Assembly (NCBI GenBank): GCA_017618055.1
Contig: JAFZVB010000005.1
Coordinates: 91,139-155,138 of the forward strand
Length of the DNA stretch: 64,000 nucleotides
Direction: 5' to 3'
Source of the DNA: Clostridia bacterium
Lineage (GTDB): Bacteria > Bacillota > Clostridia > Christensenellales > CAG-917
A program made the position numbers and the translations under genes. Under the pieces are notes generated by a model. The model saw only the letters and a program-made list of their open reading frames with translations, was not told the origin of the DNA and did not search any database. Position 1 is the stretch's first letter, and every line of letters starts with the position of its first letter. Of this stretch, positions 8,663-22,473 are shown in pieces.

Positions 8663-10603
8663 TTATTTAACGACTTTGTTGTCTATTTCGTTCTTAATCT
8701 TTGCTAAGAAATCTTCATATGTCATCTTACCGATGTCACCTTCTGAACGTGAACGAATAGCAATGTTTCCTTCTTCAACTTCCTTGTCTCCAAGAATTGC
8801 GATATAAGGAATCTTTAATAATTGTGCTTCTCTAATCTTCTTTCCAAGTTTTTCACTTCTGATATCTACAACAGCACGGATTCCGTCTCTTTGTAATCTT
8901 GCTTGAAGTGCTTTTGCTTGGTCTATTGTTCTGTCTGTTAATGAGAGAACTGTTACTTGTTCTGGGCTTACCCAAATTGGGAATGCGCCATTGTATTTTT
9001 CAATAAGGATTGCAAGTGTTCTTTCATATGAACCAATTGAACTACGGTGAATAATCATTGGGTTAACCTTTTCACCATTCTCATCAATATAGAACATATC
9101 AAATCTCTTTGCGAGAGCGAAGTCTATTTGTACTGTGAAGAGTGTGTCTTCTTTTCCGTGTACATTGTATCCTTGAACGTCAAGCTTTGGTCCGTAGAAT
9201 GCAGCTTCACCCCATGCCTCTGTGAACTTAACACCAGCATCTTTAAGGATTTGCTCCATCATACCCTCTGTCTTTTCCCAGTCTTCTGCTGTTCCAATAT
9301 ACTTTTCAGAGTTCTTTGGATCCCAACGTGAGAAACGATATGTTAAATCATCTGCAATACCTAATGTTTGAACCATATATTTGATTAAATCTAATGCACC
9401 GAAGAACTCTTGTTCGAGTTGATCTTTTGTACATACGATATGTCCATCTGCAAGTGTGAATTGACGTACTCTTGTTAATCCATGCATTTCACCAGATGCT
9501 TCCTTTCTAAATAATGTAGAAGTTTCTGCATATCTTAATGGTAAATCTCTATATGACTTTAATCCGTTCTTGTAAATTGTGAATTGGAATGGGCAAGTCA
9601 TTGGTCTTAAGCAAAGGATTTCTTCGTCTTCATTATCTTCATCACCCATATAGAACATCTTGTCTTTATAGTGATCCCAGTGTCCAGAAATCTTGAATAA
9701 GTCATTCTTAGACATAATAGGTGTCTTTGTTAAGAGATATCCTCTTCTCTCTTCTTCGTCTTCTACCCATCTTTGGAGTAATTGCATAATTCTTGCACCT
9801 CTTGGCATTAAGAGTGGAAGTCCTTGACCGATTGTTTCATCTGTCATGAAGAGTTGTAAATCTCTACCAAGCTTATTATGTTCTCTGGATTCAGCTTCTG
9901 CAAGTTTTGTTAAGTATTCATCTAATTCTGCTCTCTTTGTGAATGCAGTACCATAAATACGAGTTAACATCTTGTTCTTTTCATTTCCTCTCCAGTATGC
10001 ACCTGTTAAAGAGATGAGTTTGAATGCCTTGATCTTTCCTGTGGATGCAAGATGTGGTCCAGCACAAAGGTCTGTGAAATCGCCTTGTGTGTAGAATGAA
10101 ATTTCTTCACCATCTGGAATATCTTTTAAGAGTTCAACCTTATAAGGTTGTTTCCATTTTGCTATTAATCTTTCTGCTTCTTTTCTTGGCAATACTGTCT
10201 TTACAATTGGAAGATCTGCCTTGATAATGCTTTGCATCTCTGCTTCAATTTTATCAAAGTCACCTTGGTTAATTGGTGTCTTGAAATCAAAGTCATAGTA
10301 GAAACCATCTTTAATTGCTGGTCCTATTGCAAATGCTGCTGTTGGATAAATGTTATGAACAGCTTGAGCAAGAATATGTGAACATGTATGTCTATATGCT
10401 GCTTTTCCTTCGTCATCATCCCATGTAAGAACTTCAAATGTACAGTCCTTATCTATGGTCTCATTTAATGAAGAAAGTACACCGTTAATTTTGCAAATTA
10501 AAGCTGTACGAGCAAGACCTTCACTAATTCTCTTAGTAACATCCATTGCGGACATTGGAGCATCAAATTCTAATTGTTTGCCATCTTTTAAAGTAATAAT
10601 CAT
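8663..10603 (-). CDS. thrS: Threonine--tRNA ligase
   Basis: 646 aa: TGS-like N-terminus, editing-domain HTCSHILAQA, class II core and a C-terminal anticodon-binding domain. Confidence 0.95.
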   Translation of the reverse strand: MIITLKDGKQLEFDAPMSAMDVTKRISEGLARTALICKINGVLSSLNETIDKDCTFEVLTWDDDEGKAAYRHTCSHILAQAVHNIYPTAAFAIGPAIKDGFYYDFDFKTPINQGDFDKIEAEMQSIIKADLPIVKTVLPRKEAERLIAKWKQPYKVELLKDIPDGEEISFYTQGDFTDLCAGPHLASTGKIKAFKLISLTGAYWRGNEKNKMLTRIYGTAFTKRAELDEYLTKLAEAESREHNKLGRDLQLFMTDETIGQGLPLLMPRGARIMQLLQRWVEDEEERRGYLLTKTPIMSKNDLFKISGHWDHYKDKMFYMGDEDNEDEEILCLRPMTCPFQFTIYKNGLKSYRDLPLRYAETSTLFRKEASGEMHGLTRVRQFTLADGHIVCTKDQLEQEFFGALDLIKYMVQTLGIADDLTYRFSRWDPKNSEKYIGTAEDWEKTEGMMEQILKDAGVKFTEAWGEAAFYGPKLDVQGYNVHGKEDTLFTVQIDFALAKRFDMFYIDENGEKVNPMIIHRSSIGSYERTLAILIEKYNGAFPIWVSPEQVTVLSLTDRTIDQAKALQARLQRDGIRAVVDIRSEKLGKKIREAQLLKIPYIAILGDKEVEEGNIAIRSRSEGDIGKMTYEDFLAKIKNEIDNKVVK

Positions 10604-10621
10604 TTTTAAACCTCCCGCAGT

Positions 10622-10639
10622 AAGCCATACAAGTGGCTT
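10622..10639 (-). promoter_or_regulatory. Hairpin next to the thrS SD with a UGU-containing loop (possible anticodon-arm mimic)
   Basis: Minus strand reads AAGCCA-CUUGUA-UGGCUU, 5 nt upstream of the GGGAGG SD (10611-10616). Confidence 0.3.
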
Positions 10640-10682
10640 TACGTACTTAAATATTTTTTAATGTGTTTCTATTATAATACTT

Positions 10683-10719
10683 TAAATAAAACGTGCAACC
10701 CCTTTTTTGAGATTGCACG
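10683..10719 (-). terminator. Rho-independent terminator after the beta-galactosidase gene
   Basis: Minus strand reads CGUGCAA-UCUCAAAAAAGGGG-UUGCACG followed by UUUUAUUU. Confidence 0.65.
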
Positions 10720-10744
10720 AAAAATCTTTTATTTTTAGTTAGTT

Positions 10745-14523
<3,779 letters not shown>

Positions 14524-14538
14524 ATATCTCTCCTTTTG

Positions 14539-15303
14539 CTATTTAACTATGTTAAACGGTCTTGTTTGTCCAGCCTTAGCAACTCTTATTCTTAAATTGT
14601 TTTCTAAATATTCTTTTAACAAATCCTCTACAATTATCTCACTTGCATAATGTGAATATGAAACAACTGCGAATTTGTCTTCTTTTGCATCTATATAATT
14701 GTGGTGTTTGAAATCTCCAGATAAATATACATCTGCATTTGCTTTTGCATACTCATATAATTCTGCATCAGATCCGCCACCACCTGTGCATGCTACAACA
14801 CTCTTTACTTTCTTCTTTGTGTTTGTATAACAAACAGTTTCGTCATTTAATTTTTCGGATACGTCTTTTGCAAAGTCTGCTAAATCCTTCTTCTCTACCT
14901 CAAAGTATACACCACATGTTCCATCTATAAGCTTAACGTTTGTACCACCTAATACTTTTGCTAAATACATATTTAATCCGTTAGGTGCTTTATCTAAATT
15001 GGTGTGCTCTGAAATGACTGAAATATTATTTGCCATACACTTAGAAACCACATATCCCTTTCCACTTCTTGTATCTAAAGTGGATACAGGTCTGAAGAAG
15101 AATGGGTGATGTGAAATAATTACATTGGCTTTTTTCTTTATGGCAAGTGCAACCACATCACTTGTAACATCTAAGCACACTATTGCTCCTGTAACTTCGT
15201 CATCTGGATTACCAAACATAAGACCAACATTATCAAAGTCCTCTTTTAAAAATGCTGGTGCTAAATTTTCCAATGCATTAATTACATCAATTACTTTAGT
15301 CAT
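14539..15303 (-). CDS. Nif3-family dinuclear metal centre protein (YqfO-like)
   Basis: 254 aa with the VISHHPFFF and HYASE motifs. Synteny sigA-trmK-nif3. Confidence 0.85.
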   Translation of the reverse strand: MTKVIDVINALENLAPAFLKEDFDNVGLMFGNPDDEVTGAIVCLDVTSDVVALAIKKKANVIISHHPFFFRPVSTLDTRSGKGYVVSKCMANNISVISEHTNLDKAPNGLNMYLAKVLGGTNVKLIDGTCGVYFEVEKKDLADFAKDVSEKLNDETVCYTNTKKKVKSVVACTGGGGSDAELYEYAKANADVYLSGDFKHHNYIDAKEDKFAVVSYSHYASEIIVEDLLKEYLENNLRIRVAKAGQTRPFNIVK

Positions 15304-15958
15304 TAATTAACTCCTTTTTTGCTGCATTGAGCCTCTCTAAATTTGCTATAACTCCCTCTGCTTTTTCGTGGGTTAATAACAAATTATTAAGGTGCTCTAT
15401 TCTATTTATGCAATATTCTTTAAAAACAGGATCTGTCCTAAAGTTTATTCCATAATATATTTCGTTTTTTGTTGGGATTTTACCATCCCTTTCGGCAGAA
15501 AATACTACATAGTATATTCCACCTTCTTTTAACATAACGTCTTCCTTTATTCCGTATCCATTCTCAAGTAATACTTGTCTTACTTTTTCTGGATGTCTAT
15601 TAGGAGACAATACGTATCTGTTATATTTTTTATTCTCTCCAAAAGCTCTTTGAAGGATTATTGCCATTTCGGTTCCGCCTAGACCTGCCATCACAAGTGT
15701 ATCTACTTCCTGGTCTTTTAAAGCATCACAACCATCTGATACTCTACTTGCACTTTGACATCCTTTGAATTGGGACATCAACTCCTCTGCTTTGTCTAGC
15801 GAAGCTTTACTTATATCCATATTGATAACTTTGTTAATCTTTCCGTTTTGATATAAGTATGCTCCCAATTTTCCATGATCACATCCAACATCTGCTATTG
15901 AATCTCCGGTGACCATAGAGGCAACCATCTTAAGTCTTTTGCTAAGAATTATTCTCAT
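15296..15958 (-). CDS. trmK: tRNA (adenine22-N1)-methyltransferase
   Basis: 220 aa with LSKRLKMVASMV...IADVGCDHG. Its position after sigA matches B. subtilis yqfN. Confidence 0.8.
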   Translation of the reverse strand: MRIILSKRLKMVASMVTGDSIADVGCDHGKLGAYLYQNGKINKVINMDISKASLDKAEELMSQFKGCQSASRVSDGCDALKDQEVDTLVMAGLGGTEMAIILQRAFGENKKYNRYVLSPNRHPEKVRQVLLENGYGIKEDVMLKEGGIYYVVFSAERDGKIPTKNEIYYGINFRTDPVFKEYCINRIEHLNNLLLTHEKAEGVIANLERLNAAKKELIND

Positions 15959-17013
15959 TATCTATCTATATAGTCCTTAAGATATTTTGCACATGCTGGA
16001 CGACCCAACTTTCCAAGTGCCTTTGTTTGAATTTGACGGATTCTTTCTCTTGTAAGATTGAACATAGCGCCAACTTCTTCAAGTGTTCTTGTTCTGCCAT
16101 CATCCAAACCGAATCTAAGACGAATAACCATTTGTTCTCTTGGTGTTAGGGACTTTAGTACTTCATTAAGTGCATCTTTAAGCATCTTATTTTCTGTTAC
16201 TTCTTGTGGAGATAAAGTTGTTGTATCTTCGATAAAGTCTCCGAGATGGCTATCTTCTTCCTCACCTACAGGTGTTTCAAAAGCAACTGGCTCTTGTGCA
16301 ATCTTGAGAATGTATTCTATATCTTTTTCTGTCATGCCTAGTCTTTCGCCAATTTCTCCGGTTGTTGGTTCTCTTCCTAAATCTTGGATTAATTGTCTTC
16401 TAACTTTTCCAACCTTAGCAATATTGTCTCCCATATGTACTGGGATTCTAATTAATCTGCCTTGATCTGCAATTGCTCTTTGAATTCCTTGACGGATCCA
16501 CCATGTTGCATATGTGGAGAACTTTAATTGTCTGTTGTAATCAAACTTTTCAACTGCCTTCATTAATCCAATATTTCCTTCTTGAATCAAATCTAGGAAA
16601 TTCAATCCTCTATTCATATGTTTCTTTGCAATTGAAACAACCAGACGAAGGTTACAGTTTGTAAGTTCTTCTCTTGCCTTTGGGTCTCCTTCTTCTATTC
16701 TCTTTGCAAGTTCAATTTCTTGTTCCGAGGTTAATAATGGGAATCTTCCAATATCTTTAAGATACATCTTAACAGAGTCACTTGTATTAGAATCTACCAA
16801 GCCGTCTAACTTTAGAGCATTATCCTGGTCTTCTTCTTTTACTTCAATGCCTGCTTGCTTTAAGGCACTAATAACAACTTCCATATCGTCTGCATCTGCA
16901 TTAAGGTGCTCCAATCTGGCCATTAATTCTTCTGTTGTTAAGAATCCTTTTCCTTTCCCATAATTAATTAAAATTTCAATCTGTTTTTGTAAAAGTCCTT
17001 TTTCACTTTCCAT
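15958..17013 (-). CDS. sigA: RNA polymerase sigma-70 factor, primary (RpoD/SigA) type, distal copy
   Basis: Regions 1.2 to 4.2 are present ([72 protein letters not shown]). I place the start at ATG 17011-17013 (MESEKG), 9 nt after GGGAG. The ORF-track TTG at 17046 would overlap the upstream gene. Confidence 0.9.
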   Translation of the reverse strand: MESEKGLLQKQIEILINYGKGKGFLTTEELMARLEHLNADADDMEVVISALKQAGIEVKEEDQDNALKLDGLVDSNTSDSVKMYLKDIGRFPLLTSEQEIELAKRIEEGDPKAREELTNCNLRLVVSIAKKHMNRGLNFLDLIQEGNIGLMKAVEKFDYNRQLKFSTYATWWIRQGIQRAIADQGRLIRIPVHMGDNIAKVGKVRRQLIQDLGREPTTGEIGERLGMTEKDIEYILKIAQEPVAFETPVGEEEDSHLGDFIEDTTTLSPQEVTENKMLKDALNEVLKSLTPREQMVIRLRFGLDDGRTRTLEEVGAMFNLTRERIRQIQTKALGKLGRPACAKYLKDYIDR

Positions 17014-17026
17014 ACTAAACATCTCC

Positions 17027-18094
17027 CTATTTATGTAAATAATCAATTAATTCACTTTTGTAATTTGGTTTGCTTAATTTGTATATAGCTTTTGTTTGTA
17101 TTTGACGTATTCTTTCTCTTGTAACATTGAATACTTGACCTATTTCTTCTAATGTCTTTCTTATACCATCATCCCAACCAAAACGCATTTTTAACACCTG
17201 TATTTCTCTTGGAGATAAAGCCTTCATCATAATGTTGTTTAATGTTTCTTTTAACATTGCATTTTCTGCCAATTCTTGTGGAGAAATAGAAGATATATCT
17301 TCTATGAAGTCTTGGATTGAACTGTCTTCTTCCTCTCCTACCGGTGTTTCTAAAGAGATTGGATCTTGCGAAACTCTCTTTGCATTCTTAACATCCTCTA
17401 CAGACATCTTGAGTTCTATTGCTATCTCTTCATCTGTAGGTTCTCTCTTTAAATCTTGAGTAAGCTTTCTCTTTGCTTTATTTATTTTTGCAATAACATC
17501 TCCCATGTGTACTGGGATTCTAATTATTCTAGATTGATCTGCAATTGCTCTTTGGATACCTTGACGAATCCACCAAGTTGCATATGTAGAGAATTTTAAT
17601 CCTCTTTTGTAATCAAACTTGTCTACAGCTTTCATTAATCCTACACTACCTTCTTGGATTAAATCTTCTAGCCTTAAACCTCTATTGATATACTTTCTTG
17701 CAATGGAAACAACAAGACGAAGATTACTATTAATCAACTTTTCTCTAGCCTCTTGGTCTCCTTGCTCTATCTTAATTGCCAATTCTCTTTCTTCTTCTGT
17801 GCCGTTAAGTAATGGAATTTTACCTATCTCTTTGAGATACATGTTTACACTATCTCCAAAATCCTTGTCTTCTATTCCAACAATATCTATCTCGGTGCTC
17901 TCTTCTTCTTTTATTTCAATGTTAGCTTGTTTTAAAGCCTCCATTATGTATTCCATTTCGTCTGCGTCGACATTGGAATGTTCTAATTTAGGCATCAACT
18001 CTTCAGTTGTTATAAAGCCTTTTCCGTTTGCGAGTTTTATTAGCTTATCTACTATCTCTTGCAGTTCTTTGTTAGTGTTTTTGTTTGCGTCCAT
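17027..18094 (-). CDS. RNA polymerase sigma-70 factor, primary-like paralog, dnaG-proximal copy
   Basis: 355 aa with the same domain layout and an identical region 2.4 string. It is more diverged in regions 3.2/4.1 ([32 protein letters not shown]). Confidence 0.9.
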   Translation of the reverse strand: MDANKNTNKELQEIVDKLIKLANGKGFITTEELMPKLEHSNVDADEMEYIMEALKQANIEIKEEESTEIDIVGIEDKDFGDSVNMYLKEIGKIPLLNGTEEERELAIKIEQGDQEAREKLINSNLRLVVSIARKYINRGLRLEDLIQEGSVGLMKAVDKFDYKRGLKFSTYATWWIRQGIQRAIADQSRIIRIPVHMGDVIAKINKAKRKLTQDLKREPTDEEIAIELKMSVEDVKNAKRVSQDPISLETPVGEEEDSSIQDFIEDISSISPQELAENAMLKETLNNIMMKALSPREIQVLKMRFGWDDGIRKTLEEIGQVFNVTRERIRQIQTKAIYKLSKPNYKSELIDYLHK

Positions 18095-18103
18095 TAAAAC
18101 CCC

Positions 18104-19939
18104 TTATATTCTTTTAAATTTATCATCAATGTTTGAAGACTTTGCCAATTTCCCTGCTTCAAATCCTAATTCTGAAAGTCTTCTTCTTTCTTCTGGATCT
18201 TCAGTCTTATTGGATTCATCTATCAACTCTTTATTCCTTCTAAGATAATATTGATTTGCCAAAGTTATAATACATTGTTGGTAATGAGATTTGTTTTGCT
18301 CATATGTCCTCTTTTCTTTGTCTGAATTGAGTATCTCATTAATCTGCTCTGGACCAGGAATGTCTGAATATAAATCACCAGTAACAATACCTTCTGGTGT
18401 CTTTGCCTTCTTCTTCGCCCATTCAATAATAAGAGAACAAGTTGGGTCTACAAACCAATCTTCTATGATTAAATCCAAATTAACAAAATCTACATGATTT
18501 AAAATAGCATTAATTATGAAACGTTCTGCCTTTAAACATTTCTCTGCTATAACATCTACGGATTTATAAGATGCCTTCTTCTTATCTTCTTCTGCTTGCT
18601 CTTGTTCACGAGCTTTTATAATCTTTTCTCTCTTGTATTTGTTGAGTTCAGATACAACGTTCTCTAATAATACCTTTCCAGTTTTTGCCACTTCTTGTGT
18701 ATAGATATCTATATCTACTTTGTTTTGCAAATCTGAAAGTGCAACTATTGCTGCCTTAAGATATCTAGATCTTCCGTCTGGTGTATTGAGGTTATATGCT
18801 TCTCTACAAAGCTTAAGTCTATATTCAATAAGAGTTAATGCTTCTGACGCATACTTTTTAAATCCTTCTGCGCCCTCTGCTTTAATAACCTCATCTGGAT
18901 CCATTCCATTTGGAAGAGAAATAATCTTCATTTCAAGTCCTGCCGCTTCAAGCATTGGTGCATTTTTAGATGTAGCTTTTCTTCCTGCTTCATCTCCGTC
19001 ATAACAAACTAAAATCTTTTGTGTGTTCTTCTTAATAACTTTAATTTGTCCTTCATTCAGTGCTGTTCCCATACCTGCTATTACATTAGTAATACCGGCT
19101 ACTCCGAGTGCTATAACGTCCATATAGCCTTCAACGAGGATCAACTCGTCTGGACGAATACCTTTCTTCCTGTCTTCTTTGATGAAGTTTAAACCATATA
19201 CGCAATTGCTCTTTTCAAAAATTTCGTTTGTGTTTGAATTCTTATACTTTGCAGGATTATCTTTATCTTCCTCTCTATATATTCTTCCACCAAAGGCTAC
19301 CACATTGCCCTGAGCGTCAAAAATAGGCACAATTATCCTATTTGCGAATGAATCTGTATTATCCTTTCCGTAAATAAGTCCACATGCTTGAATATCTGGT
19401 ACCTTGTATTCTTTTCTTCTTAAGAAACCTTGTAATCCATCTTGGGAAAGTGAAACACCTAATCTATATTTCTCTATAATGTCATCTCCAAAACCACGAC
19501 TTGCTAAATAATCTCTTGCAAGTTGTCCTTCGTCCTTTTTCTTAAGATTTGCATAATAGTATCTATTTGCATCTAGCATTATTCCTCTTAAAAGGTCTAA
19601 TCTATCTTTTTCTTTCTTGGCCTCTGGATTAACTGTGATCTCTGGCATTTCCATATGGTATTGGTCTGCAAGTTTCTTAACAGCATCCATATAAGACAAG
19701 CTTTCCATATCTCTAACGAAAGTAATGACATCTCCTCCCTTGCCACAACCGAAGCAATGGAAATATCTTTGGTTCTCATGTACATACATAGATGGTGTCT
19801 TTTCATTGTGGAAAGGACAACAACAAACCCAGTCTTGGCCAGACCTTCTTAATTGTACATATGAACTTACTACGTCCTTAATATTAGCTCTTGTCTTTAA
19901 ATCAGCTATAAATTGTTCAAAATTACTATCGTTTGCCAT
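18104..19939 (-). CDS. dnaG: DNA primase
   Basis: 611 aa: zinc finger CPFHNEKTPSM..CFGCGKGGD and a TOPRIM domain (LVEGYMDVI, DGDEAGRKA). Confidence 0.95.
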   Translation of the reverse strand: MANDSNFEQFIADLKTRANIKDVVSSYVQLRRSGQDWVCCCPFHNEKTPSMYVHENQRYFHCFGCGKGGDVITFVRDMESLSYMDAVKKLADQYHMEMPEITVNPEAKKEKDRLDLLRGIMLDANRYYYANLKKKDEGQLARDYLASRGFGDDIIEKYRLGVSLSQDGLQGFLRRKEYKVPDIQACGLIYGKDNTDSFANRIIVPIFDAQGNVVAFGGRIYREEDKDNPAKYKNSNTNEIFEKSNCVYGLNFIKEDRKKGIRPDELILVEGYMDVIALGVAGITNVIAGMGTALNEGQIKVIKKNTQKILVCYDGDEAGRKATSKNAPMLEAAGLEMKIISLPNGMDPDEVIKAEGAEGFKKYASEALTLIEYRLKLCREAYNLNTPDGRSRYLKAAIVALSDLQNKVDIDIYTQEVAKTGKVLLENVVSELNKYKREKIIKAREQEQAEEDKKKASYKSVDVIAEKCLKAERFIINAILNHVDFVNLDLIIEDWFVDPTCSLIIEWAKKKAKTPEGIVTGDLYSDIPGPEQINEILNSDKEKRTYEQNKSHYQQCIITLANQYYLRRNKELIDESNKTEDPEERRRLSELGFEAGKLAKSSNIDDKFKRI

Positions 19940-20028
19940 TTATCTCCACATATACGCATATAAATAATAAATATGCTCTCTATTTATATATACGTAAAAT
20001 ATTGGTGCTTTTTTAAAAATTTTTAAAA

Positions 20029-21981
20029 TTATACCCAATGAAGTTTAGGAAGTGAGCCATCTGACATATTCCAAGCATTTTCTGGATATGCTGTAATATT
20101 CATAATATTTCTATATGGTTTGAAGCCAATAGACAACAATGTTTTAACAGTCTTTAAGGTTGTAGAACTTGCAACTGCACTTTCTGGATATCCCTTAAGT
20201 GTTGAATTATCTCTTGTCTTATTTCTTGTTTCCATATATTCAGACTCTGGTAAAGATGCATTGGACTTATTATAAATATTTCCAGTAACCTTTGAATCTT
20301 CTGAACCGTCATATAAACAGTTTCTCATATCCTCTGCAAGTGTTAATCTTACAGCACTATAATAAACGTGGTCATAAGTTACATTTGAGTTTTGTTCTAT
20401 GAACATATTTCCGTTAATTCTTCCAATTTGGAAGCAACCAACTAATTCTGCATTTGGACAAATACCTGCTTGAATTAATGTTAATGAATCATTTGCACCT
20501 TCAGATGCTGTTCTGGATTCAAAAGTAACATCTCCAGAAATGAAGGAGTTTGTAATAGTTCCATCTAAATAACCTGCGATGCCACCTACTCTTGTAGACA
20601 TGGATCCTTTAGCCATAGAAGATTGACCGCTAATATTTCCAGATAATGCACAGTTTTGAACTGTGACATATACTAAAACATCCTCGTTTGGTTCTACATA
20701 ACCAATTATTCCACCAGCATAAACATCTTGTGTAAAGCTATTATTTGCATTTGCAGATTGACAGGAAAGATTACTACTCATAGAGTCTACATAACAGTTT
20801 GAAACTGTTAGATCTCCAGAACCATCATCTCTTCCTAAGATTCCACCATATGTAACTAATGATTTAAATGTATGAGATGTATTACCATCTAAGTCCAATA
20901 ACTTATGGCTTACAGAAACATTGCCTCTGAAATAGCATTGGTTAATAACGTTATTACCATTACTTACACCAAGTATTCCACCATAGTTCATGGAAGAGAA
21001 TTCTGAATTGTTTATGTTAATTGTTGATGTATTCTTAGCACCGTTTGTTTTTGCTGTCTCTACACTACAATAATTAATGTGTGAGTTAGAAGCGATCCCA
21101 ACTAAGCCACCAATGATTAACTCTTTATCCATAGCAATACCTAATGCTTGGTATGAAATGGATCCTTTTACTTTTACGTTACTTATTGTTGTGCTTATTG
21201 CTTCTCCAACGAGTAATCCTGTTGGCAAATATCCACCACCTGTTGTAACGATGTCTATATCTTCAAGAGTTAAGTTTCTAATAATTCCACCATTGGATTT
21301 AGAGATTAATCCCTTTGGATAATTATCTCCACCCTCTGGCATTAAATCTTTAATTGTTAAGCCTCTAATTGTATGTCCTGCACCATCCAAAATACCGGAG
21401 AATGCATATTCTTTTCCAGCAAATAATGATGTAATAACTGTTCTTACAGGAGTTGTTACTGGATTACCATCATCATCTGTGGTTGTTTCTACTGTGTAAT
21501 CTGTGAAGTCTATGTCATTTGTTAAAACATAAGAAATAGATGCGTTTGCTTCACTATCTGCAATTGCAAGTAGGTCTTCTGGTGTAGAGATTCTTGCAAA
21601 AGTATTGTATTCGTTTTTGTTAATTCTTTCTGCTGTATCGTTTTGGACTAGATAAACATCATCTGTACCATAGATTGTCATAATACCATTTTCATAAGTA
21701 CATATCATATATGAATATGTATTTTGTCTTAAAATAACCGCATTACCTTTTACTTCATAATTTCCATTGGTGTTGTCAGATGCTTCCCATTTATTGTCAT
21801 TTGTAAGTTTAATCCAAACTGAAGAGTTGATTTTATTTAAGTCTGATGCATTTGAGGATGTTGAGAAGAAATAGTATCCATAATTAATTGCAACATTGGT
21901 CTTCTTGTTACATGCAACGCAACATAACAAGCAAATCACGAATAAAACGACTATTAAAATTAATCCAACTCTTTTTTTCAT
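20029..21981 (-). CDS. Surface lipoprotein with GLUG-like repeats
   Basis: 650 aa with lipobox LLCCVAC. It carries repeated GG(I/L)(V/I/L/A)G units (GGLVGIAS, GGILGVSNG, GGILGRDDG, GGIIGYVEP, GGIAGYLDG). Confidence 0.55.
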   Translation of the reverse strand: MKKRVGLILIVVLFVICLLCCVACNKKTNVAINYGYYFFSTSSNASDLNKINSSVWIKLTNDNKWEASDNTNGNYEVKGNAVILRQNTYSYMICTYENGIMTIYGTDDVYLVQNDTAERINKNEYNTFARISTPEDLLAIADSEANASISYVLTNDIDFTDYTVETTTDDDGNPVTTPVRTVITSLFAGKEYAFSGILDGAGHTIRGLTIKDLMPEGGDNYPKGLISKSNGGIIRNLTLEDIDIVTTGGGYLPTGLLVGEAISTTISNVKVKGSISYQALGIAMDKELIIGGLVGIASNSHINYCSVETAKTNGAKNTSTININNSEFSSMNYGGILGVSNGNNVINQCYFRGNVSVSHKLLDLDGNTSHTFKSLVTYGGILGRDDGSGDLTVSNCYVDSMSSNLSCQSANANNSFTQDVYAGGIIGYVEPNEDVLVYVTVQNCALSGNISGQSSMAKGSMSTRVGGIAGYLDGTITNSFISGDVTFESRTASEGANDSLTLIQAGICPNAELVGCFQIGRINGNMFIEQNSNVTYDHVYYSAVRLTLAEDMRNCLYDGSEDSKVTGNIYNKSNASLPESEYMETRNKTRDNSTLKGYPESAVASSTTLKTVKTLLSIGFKPYRNIMNITAYPENAWNMSDGSLPKLHWV

Positions 21982-21988
21982 AGCATCT

Positions 21989-22018
21989 ATTTTACCACAA
22001 CCTTGTACTTAAAATCAA
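21989..22018 (-). promoter_or_regulatory. Candidate extended -10 promoter abutting the GLUG lipoprotein ATG
   Basis: On the minus strand: TTGATT (22013-22018), an 18-nt spacer, TGGTAAAAT (-10 at 21989-21994), then 7 nt to the ATG with no SD. Confidence 0.35.
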
Positions 22019-22030
22019 TTGTTAATGATT

Positions 22031-22471
22031 TTACAAAACGGTTATCTCGTCTCCCACCTTTACTACTCCACCTTTTATAACCTTTGTGAATATTCCTTCT
22101 TTTGGCATTATGCACATACCAACTGTTCTTGCAACCTCGCAACCAACCTCAGCATGACACTTCTTTCCAATCTGTGTGACTTCGTGAATAGTCTCGCCTA
22201 TTTGAATCTTTGTTCCAACAGGTAGAGTATATAACTCTATTCCCTCCGTTGTAAGGTTTTCTGCAAACTTACCAAAGCAAAGTCCTTGTACTCCAAGATC
22301 TTCCATCTTTTTAATACTCTCTCTACCTAGTAAACTTATTTGTCTTTTGCTACCCTTTTCAGCATGTGCGTCCCCTTCGATTCCGAAATCTTCTATAAGA
22401 ACAACACTGTCTACTGCGTGCTTAATTTCGCCTTTCTTCTCACTTATATTACAAGATACAACTTTTGCCAT
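22031..22471 (-). CDS. MOSC domain protein
   Basis: 146 aa (IEDFGIEGDAHAEKGSKRQISLL). It is the last gene of the cofactor operon. Confidence 0.7.
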   Translation of the reverse strand: MAKVVSCNISEKKGEIKHAVDSVVLIEDFGIEGDAHAEKGSKRQISLLGRESIKKMEDLGVQGLCFGKFAENLTTEGIELYTLPVGTKIQIGETIHEVTQIGKKCHAEVGCEVARTVGMCIMPKEGIFTKVIKGGVVKVGDEITVL

Positions 22472-22473
22472 AA

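Noticed and set aside
10604-10744. An expected T-box leader upstream of thrS
   Set aside because: Only about 80 nt separate the lacZ terminator from the thrS start. I see no T-box sequence (AGGGUGGNACCGCG-like) and no specifier-loop architecture.
17014-17046. N-terminal extensions proposed by the ORF track from TTG/GTG/upstream ATG codons (17046, 22947, 30418, 36829, 37823, 41664, 50718)
   Set aside because: In each case an internal ATG with a properly spaced GGAG-type SD matches the usual family N-terminus. The extension would overlap the upstream gene.
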